Below are positions 16,677 through 24,624 of a DNA stretch of 31,351 bases, one piece after another. Both the position numbers and the translations under genes were made by a program. Positions within the stretch are counted from its first letter, which is position 1; every line of letters starts with the position of its first letter. Source of the stretch: Candidatus Nealsonbacteria bacterium (GTDB lineage Bacteria > Patescibacteriota > Minisyncoccia > Minisyncoccales > RBG-13-42-11); contig JBDRIW010000052.1 in the NCBI GenBank assembly GCA_043815465.1, positions 1 through 31,351 of the forward strand, written 5' to 3'. The notes beneath the pieces are model-generated. The model ran no database searches and was not told where the DNA came from. It saw only the letters and a list, made by a program, of their open reading frames with translations.

Positions 16677-17819
16677 ATGTTAAGTTTTAGCAAAAACAGT
16701 GTTTTCGCTTTATTTATTTTTGTAGGAAGCACAGTAGGAGCAGGAATTTTTGGTATTCCTTATGTTGTTTCAAAGAGCGGAGTTATTCCCGCTATTTTTT
16801 ATTTTTTAATTTTAGGAGGGATAATGCTTCTTCTTAACTTATTTTTTGGAGAAATATTTTTAAGGACAAAAGAAAATTGTAGATTAGCCGGTTTATCTAG
16901 AAAATATTTAGGAAAAAATTATGGAAGACTTACTTCTTTTTCTGTTTTTGTAGGATTGATAGGGGCTTTATTGGCCTATATCATTTTAGGAGGGAAATTT
17001 TTAAGTATCTTATTGTCTTCTGTAATATTAGTTGATCCTTTTTATTGTAGTTTGTTTTTTGGATTAATATTGATTCCTTTTATTTTTAAGGGGGTAAAAG
17101 TGGTAGCTCCTTTGGAAATTTTTACGAATGCATGCTTTTTTATTATAATTTTTATTATTTTTATTTTAGGGTTTCCCAAGATAAATTTTCATAATTTTAC
17201 TTTGATTGAAATTCCTAATATTTTACTTCCTTATGGAGTAATATTATTTTCTTTGGCAGGGATGTCAGCAATTCCAGAAGCAGAAGCTCTTTTAAAAACT
17301 ACAAAAGAAAAGAAGAGCCTTAAAAAAATTATCATTACATCTTTTGTTGCAATGGTTTTTTTATATGCTTTTTTTACCTTTATAATTGTAGGAATAAGCG
17401 GAAAAGATACTTCTGTTGATGTTTTTCAAGGGTTAATTCCTTTTTTGGGCCCAGAGATAATTTTTATTGGATCTTTAGCTGCGTTTATTACTTTGGCAGA
17501 TTCTTTTTTAGTAATTGCTATTTGTTTAAGAAATAGTTTGGTTTGTGATCAAAAAATGCCAAAATTATTAGCTAATTCCTTGGTAACTTTTTTGCCAATA
17601 ATTTTATTTTTAATAGGGTTAAGAGGATTTATTGAAGTTATAGGATTTTTAGGGACACTGATTGGGGCTGTAGAGGGGGTAATAATTATTTTATTATTTA
17701 GAAAAGCTAAAGAATTGGGAAATCATCAACCAGAATATACGATAAATGTCCCTAAGATAGTACTTTTCTTATGTGCAGTATTTTTAATTTTAGGGGCAGT
17801 TATCCAATTTGTCTTATGA
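16677..17819 (+). CDS. Aromatic/hydroxy amino acid permease (HAAAP/APC superfamily)
   Basis: GSTVGAGIFGIPY, SLAGMSAIPE and about 11 hydrophobic segments. Confidence 0.82.
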   Translation: MLSFSKNSVFALFIFVGSTVGAGIFGIPYVVSKSGVIPAIFYFLILGGIMLLLNLFFGEIFLRTKENCRLAGLSRKYLGKNYGRLTSFSVFVGLIGALLAYIILGGKFLSILLSSVILVDPFYCSLFFGLILIPFIFKGVKVVAPLEIFTNACFFIIIFIIFILGFPKINFHNFTLIEIPNILLPYGVILFSLAGMSAIPEAEALLKTTKEKKSLKKIIITSFVAMVFLYAFFTFIIVGISGKDTSVDVFQGLIPFLGPEIIFIGSLAAFITLADSFLVIAICLRNSLVCDQKMPKLLANSLVTFLPIILFLIGLRGFIEVIGFLGTLIGAVEGVIIILLFRKAKELGNHQPEYTINVPKIVLFLCAVFLILGAVIQFVL

Positions 17820-19063
17820 AATTTGTAGCAGACTTTCATATACATTCTAAATATTCCAGAGCTACTTCTAAGAATATGGATTTAGAAAGTTTAGATAAAT
17901 GGGCCAAAATAAAAGGAATAAAAGTTTTAGGAACAGGAGATTTTACTCATCCAGGATGGTTAGCTAATTTAAAAGAAAAATTAAAACCAGCAGAACCTGG
18001 TTTGTTTAAATTAAAAAACAATGATCAGGGCGCGCGGTTTTTTCTAACTTCTGAAATAAGTTGTATTTATTCTAAAAATGGGAAAGTTAGAAAAATACAT
18101 ATAATAGTTTTTGCTCCTTCCTTTAAAGCGGTAGAAAAAATAAATACTAAACTAAATAAGATTGGTAATTTAAAGGCAGATGGCAGACCTATCTTGGGGT
18201 TGGACGCCAAAGAATTAGCTAAAATTGTCCTAGAAGCAGATCCAGATTGTATGGTTATTCCTGCTCACGTTTGGACTCCTTGGTTTTCTCTTTTTGGATC
18301 AAAATCAGGGTTTAATTCTATAGAAGAATGTTTTGAAGAATATTCTAAATATATTTATGTTATGGAGACTGGTCTTTCTTCTGATCCGGCTATGAATTGG
18401 AGAATATCTTTTTTAGATAGAATAACCTTTATTTCAAACAGTGACTGTCATTCCCCCCAAAAAATTGGGAGAGAAGCAAATGTATTTGATACAGAATTAA
18501 GCTATGGAGCCATTACAGAAGCTTTAAAAATAAAAGATTCTAAAAAGTTTTTATACACTGTAGAATTTTATCCAGAAGAAGGAAAGTATCATTTTGACGG
18601 CCATAGGAATTGTGATGTTGTTTTATCTCCTAAAGAAACTAAAAAATATGGAGGACTTTGCCCTGTTTGTGGTAAACCGTTAACGGTAGGTGTTTTAAAT
18701 AGAGTAGAAGAATTAGCTGATAGAAAAGAAGGTTTCATTCCTTCAAATCATATTCCATTCAAGAGTCTAGTCCCCTTAAATGAAATAATATCAGATGTTA
18801 TCGGTGTCGGAACGGCTTCGAAAGCAGTGGGAATAGAATATGATAATCTAATTAATAAGCTTGGTTCAGAATTTGAAATTTTATTAAAAACCAAAGAAAG
18901 TTTCTTAAAGGAAGTGACTAGGCCAGAAATAGCGGAAGGGATAATTAAGGCTAGAGATGGGAAAGTTACTAAAACTCCTGGGTATGATGGTGTTTTCGGG
19001 AGAATAAGTGTTTCTTCAATAAAAGAAAAGAAAATCTCTATAAATCAGAAAACATTGTTTTAA
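17816..19063 (+). CDS. Endonuclease Q family (PHP-domain) DNA repair nuclease
   Basis: DFHIHSKYSRATS, GTGDFTHP, PAHVWTP, ETGLSS, SNSDCHS, EEGKYHFDGHRNC and CPVCG. The start at 17816 forms an ATGA overlap with the permease stop. Confidence 0.85.
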   Translation: MKFVADFHIHSKYSRATSKNMDLESLDKWAKIKGIKVLGTGDFTHPGWLANLKEKLKPAEPGLFKLKNNDQGARFFLTSEISCIYSKNGKVRKIHIIVFAPSFKAVEKINTKLNKIGNLKADGRPILGLDAKELAKIVLEADPDCMVIPAHVWTPWFSLFGSKSGFNSIEECFEEYSKYIYVMETGLSSDPAMNWRISFLDRITFISNSDCHSPQKIGREANVFDTELSYGAITEALKIKDSKKFLYTVEFYPEEGKYHFDGHRNCDVVLSPKETKKYGGLCPVCGKPLTVGVLNRVEELADRKEGFIPSNHIPFKSLVPLNEIISDVIGVGTASKAVGIEYDNLINKLGSEFEILLKTKESFLKEVTRPEIAEGIIKARDGKVTKTPGYDGVFGRISVSSIKEKKISINQKTLF

Positions 19064-19076
19064 ATCTATATATAAA

Positions 19077-19113
19077 AAATCCCCATTAGCCTATTTTGAC
19101 AAAGTGGGGATTT
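19077..19113. terminator. Probable bidirectional terminator between convergent genes
   Basis: aaatcccca / tggggattt inverted repeat flanked by A/T runs; the loop is rather long. Confidence 0.45.
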
Positions 19114-19339
19114 AGGGGTACTCAATATCTGACATCCTAAGCCTTAATGCTTCGTCCCCCCAGACTATAAGAAGTATTTCTTTTCCACTAAAAGGACAAC
19201 TTATGTCGTAAACTTTTTTTCCTCTTTCAAAAAAGGAGCTTTCTAACAAGTCATTTACCACCTCTCTTGGTATTTCTGTGGCAAATTTACGCCAATTTAT
19301 TGGAAGTTCTTTAATTCCTGGAAGATTATTTTCATTCAT
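19112..19339 (-). CDS. Small hypothetical protein (75 aa)
   Basis: MNENNLPGIKELP... start preceded by GAGGAGG. The ORF-track start at 19417 overlaps ispG and lacks an RBS. Confidence 0.6.
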   Translation of the reverse strand: MNENNLPGIKELPINWRKFATEIPREVVNDLLESSFFERGKKVYDISCPFSGKEILLIVWGDEALRLRMSDIEYP

Positions 19340-19397
19340 TACGTGGCCTCCTCTATGATAAATCAAAACAGCTAATATATTAATAAGGGAAATAATC

Positions 19398-20453
19398 TTA
19401 TTTGTCAATTTTAGCAATTTCTTTTTTGAACTCTTTTAAAATTTTTAATTTTTTCCCTCTTTTAATTATTTTTCCATTTTTCATTAATAAGGTTAAAGAA
19501 TTTCCACTTCCTACAATAGCTAAAGCAGATTCTTTTCCTTCTCCCAGCCCATTAACCGTGCATCCCATAACAGAAATTTTCACTGATTTTTTAGTTAAAG
19601 CAGTTAGCTTTTCTATCTCTTTAGCAATTTTAATAACATCTATTTTTGCCCTAGAGCAAGTTGGACAACTTACTATTTTTACACCCTTTTCTCTTAATTC
19701 TAAACTTTTTAATATTTCCCAGGCAACAGATACTTCTTTCACAGGATCTGCGCTCAAAGAAACTCTAATAGTGTCTCCAATTCCTTTTAATAGCAGATAT
19801 CCGATTCCAATAGAAGATTTTATTGTTCCCGAGAAATCAGTACCAGCTTCAGTTATTCCTAAATGAATTGGATAGTTAGTTTTTTTAGATAATAGTTCGT
19901 GAGCTTTTACGGTTCTTAATACATCTGGTGCTTTTAAAGAAATGACTAGGTTTTTAAACCCCAATTTTTCTATTGATTTTATACTTCTCATAGCAGATTT
20001 TACCATCATTTCTGCAGTAGCTTTTTTTCTTTCCCCTAGTATGTCTTTTTCTAAGGATCCGCTATTGATACCTATTCTTATTGATATATTTTTCTTTTTT
20101 GCTAAATCAACTATTTCTTTTAAAGCTTTTTTAGGAAAATTTCCTGGATTTATTCTTATCTTATCTGCGCCTTGTTTTATTGATTCTAGTGCTAATTTGT
20201 CTGAAAAATGAATATCTGCCACTAATGGAATGTTTATTTGTTTTTTTATTTCTTTTATGGCTTGAGCTGATTTTAAATCAGGTATACCTACTCTTATTAT
20301 TTCACATCCGGCATTTTCTAATTCTCTTATTTGTTTTATTGTTTTTTTTATATCCCAAGTATGGGTATTCGTCATAGATTGAATGCGAATAGGTAGCCCT
20401 CCCCCAATCTTTATTTTTCCTATTTTAATTATTTTTGTTTTCTGTTTAACCAT
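19398..20453 (-). CDS. ispG: 4-hydroxy-3-methylbut-2-en-1-yl diphosphate synthase
   Basis: IQSMTNT, GCEIIRV, PLVADIHF, KIRINPGN, IRIGINSGSLE, HLGITEAG, GIGDTIRVSL, SCPTCSR and MGCTVNGLGE (Fe-S Cys intact). Confidence 0.96.
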   Translation of the reverse strand: MVKQKTKIIKIGKIKIGGGLPIRIQSMTNTHTWDIKKTIKQIRELENAGCEIIRVGIPDLKSAQAIKEIKKQINIPLVADIHFSDKLALESIKQGADKIRINPGNFPKKALKEIVDLAKKKNISIRIGINSGSLEKDILGERKKATAEMMVKSAMRSIKSIEKLGFKNLVISLKAPDVLRTVKAHELLSKKTNYPIHLGITEAGTDFSGTIKSSIGIGYLLLKGIGDTIRVSLSADPVKEVSVAWEILKSLELREKGVKIVSCPTCSRAKIDVIKIAKEIEKLTALTKKSVKISVMGCTVNGLGEGKESALAIVGSGNSLTLLMKNGKIIKRGKKLKILKEFKKEIAKIDK

Positions 20454-21262
20454 TGTATTGTTTCTTTTATTTCCCAATTTGGAGTTGAAGCTCCAGAGGC
20501 TATTCCTAAAATTTTAATCTTAGATAATTTTTTTCTATTTAATTCTTTATAAGTATTTACAAAGAAAAAAGGTTTTTTTGTTTTTTTAGCTATATTTACT
20601 AATCTTTTTGTATTAGCAGAAGTTTTTGATCCCATTATCAATATTCCATCTGTTTTTTTTGATATTGTTTTTAATTCTTTTTGTCTAATTTTAACTTCTG
20701 GGCAAATAGTATTTATATATTTTATATTTTTAGAGTGCTTCTTGAGAACTTTTAGAATTAAATTAACATTTTCTAAACTTTGTGTTGTTTGAGCAATTAC
20801 CCCTATTTTTTTAAAGTCTGGAATTTTTTCAGCTTCTATTTCATTTTCTATAATAATAGCTTTATTTTTTGCATATCCTTTAATTCCCCTTGTTTCAGAG
20901 TGTTTTTTATCTCCAATAATAATAACTTGGTATCCTTGTTCAAGCAATTTTTTAGAAATTAATTGAACCCTCTTTACGAGAGGGCAAGTAGCATCTTTGA
21001 TTATTATTTTATTATCTAATTTAAACTTAAGGGGAGGAATTCCGTGAGCTTGGATTATTAGAGTTCCTGGTTTAGCTTTTTTAATATCTTTAATAAATTT
21101 AACTTTTAGTTTTTTAAATTTATTAATAACTTCTTCGTTATGAACAATGCTTCCCAAAAACTGAATAGGTCTTTTATCTTTTTTTATACTCTCTTCTGCC
21201 ATCAATATGGCTCTTTCAACCCCAGAACAGAATCCTATGTTTTTAGATATAATAGTTTTCAT
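20429..21262 (-). CDS. ispH: 4-hydroxy-3-methylbut-2-enyl diphosphate reductase
   Basis: GFCSGV, IVHN, AHG, DATCPLV, KHSE, AQTT, TICP..RQ, SANT and SGAS; all three Fe-S Cys are present. Confidence 0.95.
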   Translation of the reverse strand: MKTIISKNIGFCSGVERAILMAEESIKKDKRPIQFLGSIVHNEEVINKFKKLKVKFIKDIKKAKPGTLIIQAHGIPPLKFKLDNKIIIKDATCPLVKRVQLISKKLLEQGYQVIIIGDKKHSETRGIKGYAKNKAIIIENEIEAEKIPDFKKIGVIAQTTQSLENVNLILKVLKKHSKNIKYINTICPEVKIRQKELKTISKKTDGILIMGSKTSANTKRLVNIAKKTKKPFFFVNTYKELNRKKLSKIKILGIASGASTPNWEIKETIQWLNRKQK

Positions 21263-21276
21263 TTTTTAAATAAATG

Positions 21277-21349
21277 GGTGAGCGAGGAGATTCGAACTCC
21301 CGCTAAGAGTTCCACAAACTCTTGTGCTAACCACTACACTACGCCCACC
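21277..21349 (-). tRNA. tRNA-His (GTG)
   Basis: Minus-strand cloverleaf with acceptor GTGGGCG/CGCTCAC, encoded G-1 and C73, anticodon arm AAGAG-TTGTGGA-CTCTT and T-loop TTCGAAT. CCA is not fully encoded. Confidence 0.97.
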
Positions 21350-21361
21350 ATGAACAGCTAT

Positions 21362-21390
21362 ACTATACATAAAAAGAGACTTTTTAGCAA
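21362..21390 (-). promoter_or_regulatory. Promoter for tRNA-His-ispH-ispG
   Basis: Minus strand TTGCTA, 17-nt spacer, TATAGT, ending about 12 nt before the tRNA. Confidence 0.6.
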
Positions 21391-21404
21391 TGTTGTTTTG
21401 GGGG

Positions 21405-21432
21405 TTGACATGATTTCTTATGGTTCTATACT
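21405..21432 (+). promoter_or_regulatory. Promoter for greA leader
   Basis: TTGACA, 16-nt spacer, TATACT. Confidence 0.6.
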
Positions 21433-21450
21433 AAAATATAGTTTAAAGTA

Positions 21451-21552
21451 ATGAAAAGCTTAACCAGAGAACAATTAAATAGAATCTGCTTAACCCCTAA
21501 ATTGGCTTATGCAATTATTGTTTTTGGTTCAGTTAAAATGTTTAAACGATAA
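21451..21552 (+). CDS. Putative 33-aa leader ORF upstream of greA
   Basis: Manual translation MKSLTREQLNRICLTPKLAYAIIVFGSVKMFKR*, lying between the promoter and a terminator; no SD. Confidence 0.35.
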   Translation: MKSLTREQLNRICLTPKLAYAIIVFGSVKMFKR

Positions 21553-21586
21553 GGGGGTTAAATAAAATTATTAAACAAAGTTATTT

Positions 21587-21610
21587 AGCCCCCACCAAAT
21601 GGGGGCTTTT
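21587..21610 (+). terminator. Terminator/attenuator hairpin immediately upstream of greA
   Basis: agccccca-ccaaa-tgggggct followed by ttt, 6 nt before the greA ATG. Confidence 0.65.
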
Positions 21611-21616
21611 GAAAAC

Positions 21617-22096
21617 ATGACAGAAGAAAAAAAGTTTTATCTAACTAAAGAAGGACTTAAGAAGCTTGAAAGAGAGCATGAAAATTTGATCGAGCTAAAA
21701 TTAGCAAAAACGAAGGGAGAAGAATCTCCAAAGATTTTAGAGTCTGAAGATTTAAATCCTGAGTATTTAGCCTTTCAGGAAGATATAAGCTTTTTGGAAT
21801 CAAGAATAACTGAAATAGATCATGTTCTTAAGAATAAAGTGTTGATTAAGTCTCCTAGGGGGGAAGAAAAGAAAAAAATTGGCTTAGGAGCTACAATATT
21901 AATAGATGTTCGTGGACAAAAAGATGAATTTACTTTAGTTGGGTCTCTGGAAGCTAATCCCTCTTTAGGTATGATTTCTGATGAATCGCCTGTTGGAAAA
22001 GCTCTTTTGGGACACAAAGTTGGAGAAATGGTAGTAGTTTCTTCTCCAGTTAAAACTGTATATAAAATTAAAAAGATAAAATATAATATTTCTTAA
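21617..22096 (+). CDS. greA: GreA/GreB family transcription elongation factor
   Basis: YLTKEGLKKLERE, NPEY, IGLGATI, FTLVGSLEANPSLGMISDESPVGKALLG. ATG at 21617 is preferred because the one at 21599 lies inside the hairpin. Confidence 0.88.
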   Translation: MTEEKKFYLTKEGLKKLEREHENLIELKLAKTKGEESPKILESEDLNPEYLAFQEDISFLESRITEIDHVLKNKVLIKSPRGEEKKKIGLGATILIDVRGQKDEFTLVGSLEANPSLGMISDESPVGKALLGHKVGEMVVVSSPVKTVYKIKKIKYNIS

Positions 22097-22112
22097 AATA
22101 TTAATAATATTG

Positions 22113-22136
22113 AAAAGAGGGTTCCCCCCTCTTTTT
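22113..22136 (+). terminator. Intrinsic terminator after greA
   Basis: aaaagaggg / ccctctttt hairpin. Confidence 0.7.
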
Positions 22137-22171
22137 AAGTTAATGATTAATGTGTTAAATTAGACAAAGAT

Positions 22172-22879
22172 ATGAAAAATTTACTTAATTTTTTGTTAGA
22201 AATTGAAAAATTAAAAGGTAAGGAAAGAAGAGGCTGGATGATACATAAGATAAAGAATGGAGAGACTACCGCAGAACATATTTGGCATTTAGTCATGTTG
22301 GTCTGGGTGTTAGGAAGAAAAAAAAGAATTAATATGGAAAAAGCTCTTAAGATTGCTCTTGTTCATGATCTATGTGAAATATATTCTCCCGATTTTACTT
22401 CTTATGATGCTGCTAATTTAAAAGAAAAAGGAAGGATTTCTCTTAAAGAAATTATGAAGACTATTCCCAAGCCTGCTCGTCCAAATAATTTACAGAGGAA
22501 AAAGTTAGAAAAATTAAAACAAAAATTAGAAAAAAAAGCATTTGATAAGCTTATTAAATGTCTTCCGATAGATTTAAGAAAAGAAATAAAGAATCTTTGG
22601 ATGGATTATGAAAATGGATATAGTAAAGAAGGAAGATTCGTAAAACAAGCCGATAAAACAATAAATCTTTTCCAAGGATTAGTCTATTGGAAAAAATATG
22701 GAAAAATTCAGCATAATTTATGGATAAGGAGAGCTAAAGAAGTTTTAGACGATAAAGTTTTAGTTGAATTTATGCAGACTTTAGAAAAAGAATTTTGTAA
22801 AAAAGGTAGAAAAAAAAAAGAGTTAAGAATTCCTCTTTTTATGGAGAAAATCATGACTCTTTTTTTATTTTATTTTTAA
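22172..22879 (+). CDS. HD-domain hydrolase (HDDC2/YfbR-like 5'-deoxynucleotidase family)
   Basis: LKGKERRGW, ETTAEH, HDLCE and VKQADK motifs. Confidence 0.8.
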   Translation: MKNLLNFLLEIEKLKGKERRGWMIHKIKNGETTAEHIWHLVMLVWVLGRKKRINMEKALKIALVHDLCEIYSPDFTSYDAANLKEKGRISLKEIMKTIPKPARPNNLQRKKLEKLKQKLEKKAFDKLIKCLPIDLRKEIKNLWMDYENGYSKEGRFVKQADKTINLFQGLVYWKKYGKIQHNLWIRRAKEVLDDKVLVEFMQTLEKEFCKKGRKKKELRIPLFMEKIMTLFLFYF

Positions 22880-22906
22880 TAAGATATACAGTATAATCAA
22901 TAAATC

Positions 22907-23899
22907 ATGAAAAAATTATTACTTTTTATTTTATCTCTTTTAGTAGGTATAGGTATATTCATTTGGGTGATAAAAATGGTTGGTTGGGAAGAACTGGAGA
23001 AGGATTTCAGACTTTTTCAAGGAACAGATGGTTTGATAATCCTTGGACTTACTCTTATGACAATGGCTATAGGAATATGGAGATGGAGGGAAATATTGAA
23101 AAGCATTGGAGTTAAGCTTCCTCCAGGGAAAATGATAAGCCCTTTTTTGGCAGGTTTTTCTATTATGTTTTTAGCTCCAATATTAATTTGGGGAGGAGAG
23201 GTTCTTAGAACTTATATTTTAAAACATAGAAATGATGTCCCATGGTCAAAAGGTATGGCATCTGTAATAATTGATAGAATATTAGAATGGACTGCTAATT
23301 TAGTGGTTATTTTTTTAGGAGGGATAATATTTTTATTTTTTAATGATTTTCCTACCAATAAGTTTGTAATAATTTTTGTAGGGTTATTTTTATTTTTTGT
23401 CGTTTTGCTGATATTTTTCTTTATTAAATGCTATAAGAGAGAAAGTATATCGGCTATCTTTTTAAGAAAAAGAAAAGATAATCTGTTGGAGGTAGAAAAA
23501 GAAATATTTAACTTTTTTAAAAGAAGTAAGTTAGCTACGTGGAAGGCCATAGCTCTTTCTTTTTTAAGAGTTAGTATTATGTATGTAAGAGTTTGGTTTT
23601 TGATAACTTTTTTAGGAAAAAGTGTAGCTGCTTTGTCTGCCTTATCTATTTTAGGATTTTCTTATTTGGCTATTATGATACCTATTCCTACTGCCCTAGG
23701 AACACATGAAGCTATTCAATCTTTCGCATTTAATTCTTTGGGGTTGGGCATTTCTACAGCAACAGCCTTTACTATGATAATAAGAGTAGCAGAACTCGCA
23801 GTTGCTTTCACAGGAGTAGTTTTATTATTTAGATTTGGGATAATAATAATGAGAGATAAAATTTTAAGTAAAATAGAAAGTTTATCAGACGAAGATTAA
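22907..23899 (+). CDS. Lysylphosphatidylglycerol synthase TM / flippase-like protein (UPF0104)
   Basis: WRWREIL, GGEVLR, SVIIDR and PIPTALGTHE motifs; multi-TM. Confidence 0.82.
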   Translation: MKKLLLFILSLLVGIGIFIWVIKMVGWEELEKDFRLFQGTDGLIILGLTLMTMAIGIWRWREILKSIGVKLPPGKMISPFLAGFSIMFLAPILIWGGEVLRTYILKHRNDVPWSKGMASVIIDRILEWTANLVVIFLGGIIFLFFNDFPTNKFVIIFVGLFLFFVVLLIFFFIKCYKRESISAIFLRKRKDNLLEVEKEIFNFFKRSKLATWKAIALSFLRVSIMYVRVWFLITFLGKSVAALSALSILGFSYLAIMIPIPTALGTHEAIQSFAFNSLGLGISTATAFTMIIRVAELAVAFTGVVLLFRFGIIIMRDKILSKIESLSDED

Positions 23900-23903
23900 A
23901 TAT

Positions 23904-24563
23904 ATGTTTAAATCTATTAATAAAATAATAAAGATATTAACTCTTTCAGACGTTCTTTTGTTAACTGGTTTTGGATTTATTGCTCCAATATTTGCTATTT
24001 TCATTAATGAAAGAATAACTCTTGGGGATCCAGCGGAGGCAGCTAAAGTAGCTGGTTTTGCAATGGCTATTTATTGGGGAGTTAAGTCTTTGTTGCAAAT
24101 ACCCATAGGTAATTATTTAGATAAAAATCATGGAGAGAGAGATGATATAATATTTGTAATCTTAGGTAATCTAATAGCTGCTTTAGCGGTTTTTGCTTAT
24201 ATATTTAGTTCCTTGCCTTGGCATATTTATTTAATTCAAGTTTTCTATTCTATTGGTATGGCTATGAATATACCTGCTTGGACAGCAATATTCACTAGGC
24301 ATATCGATAAAGGGAAAGAAGCTTTTGAGTGGGCTAGCAGAAGCACTGCTATTGGGATAGGAGCTGGAATATCCGGAGCCCTTGGTGGGTTGTTTGTGTC
24401 AAAGTTCGGTTTTAATCCATTATTTGCTGTAATGGGCATATTTATTTTATTTTCTTCTTTGTTATTGTTGATAATTCTTTGGGAAATATCTCCAAGAGAC
24501 AAAAAGACTGCTAGAGTCCCAGAAGCAAAAAGCTTTCACGAGCCACAGCTACCAAAAGGTTAA
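23904..24563 (+). CDS. Half-size (6-TM) MFS-like membrane protein
   Basis: MFS motif A-like GNYLDKNHGER and GGLFVSKFGF; about six hydrophobic helices in 219 aa. Confidence 0.75.
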   Translation: MFKSINKIIKILTLSDVLLLTGFGFIAPIFAIFINERITLGDPAEAAKVAGFAMAIYWGVKSLLQIPIGNYLDKNHGERDDIIFVILGNLIAALAVFAYIFSSLPWHIYLIQVFYSIGMAMNIPAWTAIFTRHIDKGKEAFEWASRSTAIGIGAGISGALGGLFVSKFGFNPLFAVMGIFILFSSLLLLIILWEISPRDKKTARVPEAKSFHEPQLPKG

Positions 24564-24570
24564 TAAACTC

Positions 24571-24590
24571 AATGAATCAAAAAATTCATT
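24571..24590. promoter_or_regulatory. Palindrome AATGAAT-N6-ATTCATT upstream of polX
   Basis: Perfect 7-bp inverted repeat with a 6-nt spacer, matching the core of the palindrome at 10575-10594. Confidence 0.4.
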
Positions 24591-24624
24591 TCGAACTTCG
24601 CTTTAATTTATTAAAGCTTGTTAT

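Noticed and set aside
21140-21451. 103-aa ORF on the + strand
   Set aside because: It overlaps ispH and the whole tRNA-His antisense, with no motifs.
15798-21616. Longer ORF-track starts for LOG (15798), EndoQ (17771), the 19417 orphan, ispG (20477) and greA (21599)
   Set aside because: Downstream ATGs fit the family N-termini, gene coupling or RBS position better.
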